A DNA stretch of 64,000 nucleotides, taken from a plasmid. Position 1 is the stretch's first letter. Each line of letters opens with the position of its first letter. Of this stretch, positions 49,313 through 57,755 are shown in pieces. A program made the translations under genes and the position numbers. The notes beneath the pieces were generated by a model. It saw nothing but the letters and a program-made list of their open reading frames with translations. It did not search any database and was not told where the DNA came from. Where the stretch lies: the sequence record AP029160.1. One strand, 5' to 3'.

Positions 49313-49732
49313 TTGCAAAAATTATCATTGAAAAAAAAACTCACTCAATTATTAGTAGATAGAAAATTTTTAAGTACTTTACAATTAACTCTATCAGTAT
49401 TCATCTCTATGTGTATTTCATTTATCGGAACTGCGAATAATTCTTTATGTGAAAAGATTTTAATAATTTTCATGAATATAGTTCTTTTTATAATTTTATA
49501 TGGAATAAACCAGAAAATATTATTACCTCTTAACAATTCTATTTTTGCAAAAAGAATTTATAAGTACGACAAAGAAAATAATTATTGCGTATCTCCAACT
49601 TCAATTAGATTTATTGAAAATTTAAACGAAAAAGAGCAGTATATTGTTGAAAGAGGTTTAGGGTTTATATATTTGGATACTTATCCAGAGTCTCTAAATG
49701 ATTCTGAATTTTTGGAAAAGTATCAAGTATAA
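49313..49732 (+). CDS. small membrane protein (2 TM)
   Basis: 'LTLSVFISMCISFIG' and 'ILIIFMNIVLFIILYGI'. Confidence 0.35.
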   Translation: MQKLSLKKKLTQLLVDRKFLSTLQLTLSVFISMCISFIGTANNSLCEKILIIFMNIVLFIILYGINQKILLPLNNSIFAKRIYKYDKENNYCVSPTSIRFIENLNEKEQYIVERGLGFIYLDTYPESLNDSEFLEKYQV

Positions 49733-49887
49733 ATGGTTATTTATTATGGTTTGGAAGAAGCCCTTTTCATAATCTTTTTTTTGACAATGAATCAGAGATT
49801 GAAAGCTTAATTGAGCTTCGTTTATTACATCCTAATAAACTTATTTATTATTGTAAAAAAACAAATGATAGAAATTTTAGTAATCAT

Positions 49888-50154
49888 ATGCCTCTTGAAT
49901 TATTTGATTTAGATTCATCTATTAAAATAACTCCAAATTCTCCAAGAAAATTTGAATGCTATAAAGCAACAAAACTTGTCATTGAATTAATATTATCCTC
50001 AGGAAAAAATAATTACAGAGATACTTCAAGAGTTGTAATTTCATCAAAACTTCAAAATAATTGCACTGTTGAATATTGTAATTACATTGAAAGTGATGCT
50101 TCTCGAAATTTAAATTGCAAATTATACTCAATAGTACCAAATCACATAAAATAA
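49888..50154 (+). CDS. hypothetical protein (88 aa)
   Basis: ORF only. Confidence 0.2.
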   Translation: MPLELFDLDSSIKITPNSPRKFECYKATKLVIELILSSGKNNYRDTSRVVISSKLQNNCTVEYCNYIESDASRNLNCKLYSIVPNHIK

Positions 50155-50196
50155 AAAATGAAAATATATTAATGAAATAATAGGATAAAATATCTT

Positions 50197-51093
50197 ATGG
50201 CGTTATTAAATAGTATAATTGGTAATGAAACTAACTATTCAGAAGCTAGCTTTGAAAAAGTAGTTTTTTGTTATCTGGATATTTTAGGATTTAAAGATAA
50301 GTTAAATAAATTTGGTACAAATTTTATTAAAATGATAGCCAATTCTTTTAAAAAATCCATAAATGAATTGAATTTAATATGCCAAAAAAATAACCAAAAT
50401 ATCGGGAATGATTACGGATCAATTTCATTCAAAATATTAAGTGATTCAGTATTGATATGGAATTCTGATATTTCTGAAATAGGTATATGGAATCTCATAA
50501 ATGTAATCCAGTTAATTAGAAGTAATTTTCATAATGATGGTTTTTTGATTCGAGGAGCGATTGATATTGGTGAACATTTTTATGACCAAGATATATTAGT
50601 TAGCCCTGTACTTATTAAGACATATAGTGTTGAATCAAAATTAGCAATTTTTCCAAGAATTATTATTTCAAGTGAAACAAAAGATTTTGCAATGAAAATT
50701 AAATTCAGTGATTGTGGAAAAAGTGGGGTATTATCGTCTGATGAAAAAAAGTTTCGTTTTGTAAGACCATTAGAAATTGAACAGGATAAGACTGATGGAT
50801 TTTTTATTATAAACCAATTTTTATCAACACCTGAAACATATTTTTTAAGATTTAATAGTAATAATCTTGATGACATTCAACCTGATTCAATTAATCGCCA
50901 GAGAATTATTGATGAAGGATATAATTGGTATGATGAATATAGAAAATCAATTATAAATGAATTTAATAAATGTAGTGATCAGACTATTCGCAGAAAAATT
51001 TACTATCTTTCACAAAAGATGAATGAAGCTGTTCTTTTTTGTGAAGGCAGATTAACCAATCAACAAATCCAAAAACTCATACTTAATTTATAA
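50197..51093 (+). CDS. nucleotidyl-cyclase / GGDEF-like palm-domain protein (possibly degenerate)
   Basis: 'VVFCYLDILGFKDKLNKFG' matches the metal-binding start of class III cyclases (F.DI.GF) and of GGDEF (D.D.FK..N). 'KILSDSVLIW' sits where the second metal Asp would be. 'LIRGAIDIGEHFYD...SPVLIKTYSVESKLA...IIISSET' parallels 'LRIGIHTGxVV...GDTVNLAARLE...ILVSEAT'. Confidence 0.35.
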   Translation: MALLNSIIGNETNYSEASFEKVVFCYLDILGFKDKLNKFGTNFIKMIANSFKKSINELNLICQKNNQNIGNDYGSISFKILSDSVLIWNSDISEIGIWNLINVIQLIRSNFHNDGFLIRGAIDIGEHFYDQDILVSPVLIKTYSVESKLAIFPRIIISSETKDFAMKIKFSDCGKSGVLSSDEKKFRFVRPLEIEQDKTDGFFIINQFLSTPETYFLRFNSNNLDDIQPDSINRQRIIDEGYNWYDEYRKSIINEFNKCSDQTIRRKIYYLSQKMNEAVLFCEGRLTNQQIQKLILNL

Positions 51094-51230
51094 AAATATC
51101 ATTTTTGATTCGTTGTCAGTCTCAATGACTTTGGAAACTGACATTGTCACAAATTTAATCTTGTTAATCTATTGCAAATTAAAATATTTTTATTACAGTC
51201 AATTGACTGTTAAATTTTGGAGATAATTTT

Positions 51231-51659
51231 ATGAAACTTGAAGGCAAATATTATTCCAGTAATGGAAGATGGTGTGCAAAGATTGATCTGCTTGATGTTA
51301 TAGAACTTTCTTCAAAAGATCTTGAAGATCTATTCATTAAACTAAATAATCGTTTAATGCTTATGTTTAATAAAAATTCAAAAGAAAAATTTAATGATAA
51401 TGATTTTATAATTGAAATTGTTGATGAAGTTAGATTTTACATTAAGTTCAAAAACTTCAAACTCGCAACATCTTCAATATTTAAAAGCATAAGAAACAAA
51501 GAACGTTTTTCTCAAGCTAAAATTGCTGACAAATTAAATTGTGCAACTTCAAGTTACTCTCAGTACGAAGAAGCTAAAAGAGAGCCTTCTATTTCTACAT
51601 TTAATAAAGTCCTTGATGGATTTGGATATGAATGGGAATTAGTATTAAAGAAACGCTAA
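51231..51659 (+). CDS. HicB-like N-terminal domain fused to XRE-type HTH; paralog of 57189-57638
   Basis: C-terminal 'SQAKIADKLNCATSSYSQYEEAKREPSISTFNKVLDGFGYE' is an HTH. The N-terminus 'MKLEGKYYSSNGRWCAKIDLLDV' is shared with the paralog ('MKLVGKYRESNG'). Confidence 0.4.
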   Translation: MKLEGKYYSSNGRWCAKIDLLDVIELSSKDLEDLFIKLNNRLMLMFNKNSKEKFNDNDFIIEIVDEVRFYIKFKNFKLATSSIFKSIRNKERFSQAKIADKLNCATSSYSQYEEAKREPSISTFNKVLDGFGYEWELVLKKR

Positions 51660-51928
51660 ATGCACAAAAATTAAACAAAATCATTTAAAAGCGTTTTAAG
51701 GCTCATAAAAAAAATTTAATGAAGGTTACTATTCATTTTAGAAAAAAATTCAGCAGAATCATTTTAAAACGACATTTGAAGTTATTTTTTTCCTAGTGTC
51801 ATAATCCAATAACATTTAAAGAAATAAAAATTTAATTCTTGTGCTAACAAAGTGCTAACATGTTAGTACAAGTAATATTTGCTGGAACATTTATAGAATT
51901 TGAGTGTTGCTTTAAAAACGTCAATGAA

Positions 51929-51995
51929 TCTTCTACGGATCTTCTACGGATCTTCTACGGATCTTCTACGGATCTTCTACGGATCTTCTACGAAT
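51929..51995. repeat. six tandem copies of the 11-bp unit ATCTTCTACGG (iteron-like)
   Basis: aatcttctacgg atcttctacgg x5, last copy degenerate (atcttctacgaatc). Confidence 0.85.
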
Positions 51996-52199
51996 CAAAC
52001 AATCGCTCATAGACTAATGTTTTGAATGATTTTGCAATATCAAAAGAAATCCTGAAAAAAAGTTTTTTTCAGGATTTAAACAACGAAGCCTGTGGCGAGG
52101 CGTTAGTTAGTAAGCCTCAACGGCGTTTGAGTTGGCAAGTAGTTATTAAGATCAAAGATACTAATGTAAGGTAAAGTTGGAAAAAAGATTTCCTTATTT

Positions 52200-52460
52200 T
52201 TCAATAATTTTAGCATCAAAACTCTCACATCTCACTCACATCTCACTCACACAAACTCTCACATTTTTCTCACAAAACTCTCACACGATAATCAATAATT
52301 TCAATAAGTTATAAGAGACCTTTTTTTTAACTCTCACATGTGAGACTCACAAAACTCTCACATGTGAGACTAATGCTTCAGCAATTGAAAAGCTTAATGC
52401 TTTTATTATTTGCAATTTAAATATTTCAAATTTCTCACATTTTAAAAATTTGACTTAAAA
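52200..52460. promoter_or_regulatory. array of about 10 (A)CTCTCACA/CTCACTCACA direct repeats plus two copies of the 14-bp perfect palindrome TCTCACATGTGAGA, immediately upstream of 52513-53166
   Basis: aaactctcacat ctcactcacat ctcactcacac aaactctcacat...ctctcacatgtgagactcacaaaactctcacatgtgagac...tttctcacatttt...ctttcactcacatt. Confidence 0.75.
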
Positions 52461-52512
52461 ACCTTGTTAATTTAAGATAAACTTTCACTCACATTAAATT
52501 GGGAGATACATC

Positions 52513-53166
52513 ATGGAAGAAATTATAGAAATATCTGAAACAAAGAATTACCACGCATTTGGTGTTTACTTAGGCAGGAGAAAACTATCAAATGCTCATA
52601 AATTATCGAGACTGTTGATTGAAAAATTTGCATTAACTAAAAAATATAAAGACTGGCAAAACATTTCTGCGGATGAACTAAAAGAAAAAGGAATACTTCC
52701 TTGTAAAAGACACTCTACTTTCTCTCAATGGCGTGATGCTGTTCTAAAAGCAGGAATACTTATATGTATGGCAACTAAAGAAGAGCTTAAAGAAGAAGCT
52801 CCTAATTATAAAGGAAATATGTTTAAGATTGGCGATAAAGCAAGAAAATATATTGACATTGCCATTCAAGAAAATCTACCAAGAAAAGTTGATGAGATAG
52901 GTGATAAAGTTGATTTAATCGGTAGTGATGTAGAAAAATTAAAATCTGAACTCGAACAAACTAAATTAGCACTAAAAGAAACTAACAAAAAAATAGAAAA
53001 AGTTGCGGAATACGTCTTACATCAAAATCCGCCAGATACTCCAGAACGCAAACAAATTGTTGTTGACAATATAGATAATCTTCCAAAAGCTTTAGAGCTT
53101 CTTGCAGAACAAAGAAAATTAGTGGATGAAAATATAAGAAATACTGGTAGGATGTGGGCTAACTAA
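52513..53166 (+). CDS. hypothetical protein; candidate iteron-binding replication initiator or regulator, by position only
   Basis: 217-aa ORF directly downstream of the direct- and inverted-repeat array. The C-terminal half is coiled-coil-like. Confidence 0.35.
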   Translation: MEEIIEISETKNYHAFGVYLGRRKLSNAHKLSRLLIEKFALTKKYKDWQNISADELKEKGILPCKRHSTFSQWRDAVLKAGILICMATKEELKEEAPNYKGNMFKIGDKARKYIDIAIQENLPRKVDEIGDKVDLIGSDVEKLKSELEQTKLALKETNKKIEKVAEYVLHQNPPDTPERKQIVVDNIDNLPKALELLAEQRKLVDENIRNTGRMWAN

Positions 53167-53193
53167 TCTTTATAAATAATAGATATAATTATA

Positions 53194-53796
53194 TTATCTA
53201 TTCCAAAATGAATCATATCCGTCATCATAATTTTCAGATTCTTCGTTATCATTAGGGTAATCAGGTGGCATTTCTTCTATTTCTTCTGATTTTATTTTAA
53301 AATTATCTCTTGTTTTATAAATATTATTTTCTGGATTTTTAAAATTATTTTCTATTTTAGATAATATTTTTAAATAATCTGAAATGTTTGATTCATTATT
53401 ATAAATTGCCATATTTTTATGAACAGTTCCTATTTTTACATTATTTATTTTACACAAACTTTCTATCTGATTACAAATAGATTTGTTTTCTAATAGTTTA
53501 TAACCAAGCATTAATTTTTTAGGCTTTAAAATTTCACCTGTTTTGTGTTCATTGATGTGGTTATCATTACAATTAAGTATAAGTCTAAATTCAGATTCAT
53601 AAAACCAATGAAAGTATTTCTTAGTAAGGTAATCCATTGGTTCTGCTAAATTTTCTGGAAATCTAACTATGTATTCAACTGGATAAAAACTAACATAATA
53701 TCCGTTTAAACGATTGTCATTAATAAATGAATTAATATCTTCGATACTGTACTCAGCACTAACACCATTAAAAGAATTAGTATAGTGAATCCACAT
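53194..53796 (-). CDS. hypothetical protein with acidic C-terminus; probably the 3' part of a frameshifted gene whose 5' part is the ORF at 53706-53957
   Basis: The upstream ORF reads like real protein ('MANFFHKFKAFNNNFEHIESLIKGEIYFSNIHSLNDPHELKY') and then becomes nonsense. The frames meet near 53800-53830. Confidence 0.35.
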   Translation of the reverse strand: MWIHYTNSFNGVSAEYSIEDINSFINDNRLNGYYVSFYPVEYIVRFPENLAEPMDYLTKKYFHWFYESEFRLILNCNDNHINEHKTGEILKPKKLMLGYKLLENKSICNQIESLCKINNVKIGTVHKNMAIYNNESNISDYLKILSKIENNFKNPENNIYKTRDNFKIKSEEIEEMPPDYPNDNEESENYDDGYDSFWNR

Positions 53797-54024
53797 GAGA
53801 TAATTAGAATTAGAACCATGCGAAAGAGAGTATATTTTAATTCATGAGGATCGTTAAGACTATGAATATTAGAAAAATAGATCTCACCTTTAATTAGGCT
53901 TTCAATATGCTCAAAATTATTATTAAAGGCTTTAAACTTATGAAAAAAATTTGCCATATTATTCTACCTCAATTTCAACTTGCATCTAATTTAGACAGTC
54001 CGTTCTGTTATTGCTTTAGTAGCT

Positions 54025-54228
54025 TTGGGGGTAACAATGCGAAAGTTATCAAAACAAAATCAAAAAACAAAATCTTCAGGTCGTAAAAAATTATTTAATC
54101 AGAAGTACCAACGACTAATTATTGAATCAATGAAGAAAGGTCAAGGAATCTCTTATTTTGCAGCTAAAATAGGAGTTTCAAAACAAACCATCTACAACTG
54201 GATTAACGAAAAGTTGGGGATTAAGTAA
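54025..54228 (+). CDS. small HTH DNA-binding protein (67 aa)
   Basis: 'GQGISYFAAKIGVSKQTIYNWINEK' is an HTH. Confidence 0.4.
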   Translation: MGVTMRKLSKQNQKTKSSGRKKLFNQKYQRLIIESMKKGQGISYFAAKIGVSKQTIYNWINEKLGIK

Positions 54229-54229
54229 A

Positions 54230-54733
54230 TTAGTTAATACAAATTAGAGATTTGAAAATAATTATTAAAAAACTAAAAACAAACATTATCATTACAAAAG
54301 AAATAAATAATTTAGAAAAAAACAAAAATGGGAGAAATTTTTCATAAATAAAAATAGATGTACAATCTAATTCAAATATTTTTTCAGTATCATCAAGTTC
54401 CTTTTTATATTCTAACAATTTAGATGAGTCTTCTGATTTATATAATTTCTTATTTATATGTACTATTGATAAAATGAAATTATGAAATGATGATACTGTA
54501 TATTGAAGAATATCAATTAATATAAAAATAATACACAATATTAATAATAGTTTTAATTGAGTACTTGAAAGTAAAATATCGTCACCGATTTTAAACTCAA
54601 TTCCTTTACTTATAATTATTGATGCAATAAAAAAGTAGCTAAAATAACGAAGTGCTTCAGTTAAATTTTTTGATTGATTTCCGTATCTAGTTTGAATTCC
54701 CTGATAATGAATCCAATTTCTAAATTCTCCCAT
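54230..54733 (-). CDS. membrane protein (3-4 TM)
   Basis: Hydrophobic segments 'YFSYFFIASIIISKGI', 'LLLILCIIFILIDIL', 'FISFVMIMFVFSFLIIIF'. Confidence 0.4.
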   Translation of the reverse strand: MGEFRNWIHYQGIQTRYGNQSKNLTEALRYFSYFFIASIIISKGIEFKIGDDILLSSTQLKLLLILCIIFILIDILQYTVSSFHNFILSIVHINKKLYKSEDSSKLLEYKKELDDTEKIFELDCTSIFIYEKFLPFLFFSKLFISFVMIMFVFSFLIIIFKSLICIN

Positions 54734-54739
54734 TTTACA

Positions 54740-55126
54740 CTACTTTCTTCTACTTCTAGAATTTTGAGGATTATTTGGATCAGGTCCATTTCCATTAGAA
54801 ACGTTTTGTGGAGTATTCGGATCTGTTCCTATATTTTTCCTACTTCTTATTTTTTTTAACTTATCTGACTTATTAGGACGACCGCGTTTCTTAGCTGTTT
54901 TAGTTCCTGCTTTTTTTGGACGGCCACGTTTTGCAGTTTTTTTCTTAGCTGTCGTTTTTTTTGCAGTCTTCTTTTTTGTTGTTGTTTTTTTACGAACAGT
55001 TTTTTTAGCTGCTGGCTTCTTCGCTTTTGTTTTTCTTTTCTTAGTTGATTTCTTTATAGTTCTCTTTTTAGATATTCTCTTTGTTCTTTTTTTAATTGAA
55101 GATTTTCTTGTTCTTTTTATAACCAT
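54740..55126 (-). CDS. histone H1-like lysine-rich nucleoid protein with two AT-hook motifs
   Basis: 'KKTAKRGRPKKAGTKTAKKRGRPNKSDK' contains two RGRP AT-hook cores. More than 50% of residues are K/R/T/A. Confidence 0.55.
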   Translation of the reverse strand: MVIKRTRKSSIKKRTKRISKKRTIKKSTKKRKTKAKKPAAKKTVRKKTTTKKKTAKKTTAKKKTAKRGRPKKAGTKTAKKRGRPNKSDKLKKIRSRKNIGTDPNTPQNVSNGNGPDPNNPQNSRSRRK

Positions 55127-55605
55127 AATATTCTCCTATTTATAAAATATTCTATTAAATATAATATTTTATAAATAGGAAATATTTTCAGTGTTGATTT
55201 TTATTTAGATAATCTTCTAAATTATCTTTTATCAAAATAAATCCTTTCAACCATATAATTAATTTGTTCATAATTATAATCACCATTTCTTTCTGCAATT
55301 CTCTCATAACATCATTTAGATCTCAAAATATTGTTTTGGAGGATAGCAAAATATTGTGATTTATTAAGAATAATTTAAGAATATCTTGTAAGCTTTACTT
55401 TCTGCTTTTTCTAATGTTTTTTCATGTGGACTTTAAAAATAAGAATAAGGATTATTAGAATATATTTCTAAATAATATTTATCACGTAAGTATTTATCTA
55501 ATTTTTTATCGTATTTTTCAGTACTTTGAGATATTAAAAATGTTCCATCAGGCCATGCACTAATTTTAGAAGAATATTGGTAAGAATTGTCAAAAATAAA
55601 TGCGC

Positions 55606-55863
55606 TCATGACAATTTATCATTATCAGTAAATATATCGACTTGAATCTCTCCTTTATTTCCAAATAAAGGCTCATTATTTTTATTAATTATTTTATTCA
55701 CAATATTTTGCCAATCCAATGGAAATCTACTTTTAAGAAAGAATCTTAAAGCTTTTGAATATTGCTGTTTTTCAGCCCAGATTCTAGCTTGATCATCACT
55801 TAGGTGTAACGGTGCGCTCTTATCGGAGTATTGTCGCACGCTTATCCAAAAATTTGGGCGCAA
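55606..55863 (-). CDS. ORF whose 5' end lies inside the left arm of a 165-bp inverted repeat; shares 18 aa (RPNFWISVRQYSDKSAPL) with 56368-56955
   Basis: Direct comparison of the two translations. Confidence 0.25.
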   Translation of the reverse strand: MRPNFWISVRQYSDKSAPLHLSDDQARIWAEKQQYSKALRFFLKSRFPLDWQNIVNKIINKNNEPLFGNKGEIQVDIFTDNDKLS

Positions 55864-55960
55864 ATTAATTGAAATTATCGTTTTGTTTCGGTGCTCATTA
55901 AATGAAATCGAGAGAATCCCGACGCACGCTATTTGAAATCGGGCGCGCGATAATTGAATT
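55795..55960. repeat. left arm of a ~165-bp inverted repeat (partner at 56385-56550, about 2 mismatches)
   Basis: The reverse complement of 56385-56540 is tgtaacggtgcgctcttatcggagtattgtcgcacgcttatccaaaaatttgggcgcaaattaattgaaattatcgttttgtttcggtgctcattaaatgaaat(t/c)gagagaatcccgacgcacgctatttgaaatcgggcg(c/a)cgataattgaat, which equals 55806-55960. Confidence 0.85.
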
Positions 55961-56367
55961 TATAAATTTTAGATTTCTATTATTTTTACTTCATCTTGAG
56001 TTAAGAAGTTTTCCTTATTTTTTGCAAAGAATTTGGATTCTTTTAAATCGTCAGATTCAAAGGATTTATAATAATCGTTTTTAACTTCCACTTTTTCTTG
56101 CTGAGGATAAATCACGGAATAAGTACCATTTGGTAATTTACTAACTTTTATTTATTCATTTTCTGGATTATTTTTGGCGATCACAATAAATTTTCCCATA
56201 TTTATTACCTCAATGTATATTCGATAAAAACCTTTAAAACATGTTTTTATTGTAATATTTGCTATATAAATATAAATGATATTCATTTAACTTTTAATAT
56301 TCTAAAAACGATTGTTTTCTTCGAATTGCAAAATAACTAAGCATACATTTTTAAAGATTTTTAGGAT

Positions 56368-56955
56368 TTGATGAGGGGTTTAGAAATTCAATTATCGTGC
56401 GCCCGATTTCAAATAGCGTGCGTCGGGATTCTCTCAATTTCATTTAATGAGCACCGAAACAAAACGATAATTTCAATTAATTTGCGCCCAAATTTTTGGA
56501 TAAGCGTGCGACAATACTCCGATAAGAGCGCACCGTTACAACTAGTGATAACACTTGCAAACGTGCTTCGTCTTCTAAGTAAATTATTCAACAAAAACAT
56601 CATATCTACTAAAAATCAATATAGTTATAATTTTGGACCGTTGATTGGAGATGTAAGGTGGGTTGACGTGGTTATTGCATCTTCAAATTACATACGCCAT
56701 AAAGATGAATGGGTAGAGAAGTCAAACAAAAAAGATTCGAAAATTAGAAATATTGAAAAATACAACGTAGATACACTTGAAAAATCAGGACTTATTCATC
56801 CCAGGGAAGGAAAGTATTCATCTTTAGATTTAGTGAAACATCTAAAAATCGAAAGATGGGAAACCTTATTTCAAAATATTTCAAATTGGTTAAATGATTG
56901 TTTACCTAATCATCCTGGGTTTCGTCAGAATGATATAGTGCTTCCTGAAAACTAG
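56368..56955 (+). CDS. hypothetical protein (195 aa) starting inside the right IR arm
   Basis: ORF. The N-terminal 40 aa are encoded by the repeat. Confidence 0.3.
   Translation: MMRGLEIQLSCARFQIACVGILSISFNEHRNKTIISINLRPNFWISVRQYSDKSAPLQLVITLANVLRLLSKLFNKNIISTKNQYSYNFGPLIGDVRWVDVVIASSNYIRHKDEWVEKSNKKDSKIRNIEKYNVDTLEKSGLIHPREGKYSSLDLVKHLKIERWETLFQNISNWLNDCLPNHPGFRQNDIVLPEN
56385..56550. repeat. right arm of the ~165-bp inverted repeat
   Basis: See left arm. The arms are separated by a 424-bp AT-rich spacer. Confidence 0.85.
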
Positions 56956-57188
56956 ACTTGTTGGAGTTTTTGGCAAACAAAGTGTTTTTAAACAAAGCCA
57001 AGAAATATTTTGCTCTTTTTAAAGAACTGCTCTCATTACACTATTGTCTCAGTCTCCACATCTTTGGGAATAGTCCAATTGTCTTTGGGAACTGACATTG
57101 GGATACGACAGTCTTTGCCCTTTTAAATTTCAAAATGTTAAATTATATTTATTGCAGTCTATAGACTGCTAAAATTTAGAGTATAGAG

Positions 57189-57638
57189 GTGTATATGAAA
57201 TTGGTGGGGAAATACAGAGAATCTAATGGCACTTTGATTGGTGGCATTTCCGAAATTGGAATTATTCAAATTGGAAAATCCAAAGATGATTTTTTTAAAA
57301 ATATCAAAAACGAAATAAACTCAATTATCAGTTCTGACGAAGATAGTTCTAAAAGAGATTATAAAATATCTAATTTTGATAATTATACTTTCACAATCGA
57401 ATTTTCAGAACTTAAATCATTTTCGGCTTTCATTTTCAAGGCCATCCGTAAAAATGAAAAAATGTCTCAAGCAAAGATTGCTTCAAAATTAGATATTGTT
57501 CGAGCGTCCTACTCTCAATATGAAGAAGAAAAGAAGGAGCCAACACTGGGAAAATTTTCTGAAGTTTTAAAAGCCTTCGGTTATGATTGTGAGATTAATA
57601 TTAAAAAAATTAGCCGTCTAAAGACGGCTAATTTTTAA
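57189..57638 (+). CDS. HicB-like N-terminal domain fused to XRE-type HTH; paralog of 51231-51659
   Basis: 'SQAKIASKLDIVRASYSQYEEEKKEPTLGKFSEVLKAFGYD' parallels the paralog nearly residue for residue. Confidence 0.4.
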   Translation: MYMKLVGKYRESNGTLIGGISEIGIIQIGKSKDDFFKNIKNEINSIISSDEDSSKRDYKISNFDNYTFTIEFSELKSFSAFIFKAIRKNEKMSQAKIASKLDIVRASYSQYEEEKKEPTLGKFSEVLKAFGYDCEINIKKISRLKTANF

Positions 57639-57755
57639 AAAATAACTCCTATAAAAAGTTTTACTTTATTATCGATGGAAATTAGAAAAATTGTTTTAAA
57701 GCCTTTTAAGAAGACTTTTTTGAAAAAACGATCTAAACTATACCCCTAACCAAAT

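Noticed and set aside
51929-51995. Tandem 11-bp repeats (and the 21-bp repeats at 62806-62975) considered as a CRISPR array
   Set aside because: Units are contiguous with no spacers and are far shorter than CRISPR repeats. Iteron or centromere interpretations fit better.
55902-56084. 60-aa plus-strand ORF spanning the left IR arm and spacer
   Set aside because: Arg/Leu-rich nonsense translation produced by the GC-rich repeat. Not protein-like.
51093-57200. HicA-like toxin partner for the two HicB-like/HTH genes
   Set aside because: No small (50-90 aa) ORF with an RBS found adjacent to either copy in the six-frame track. The genes are therefore treated as standalone regulators.
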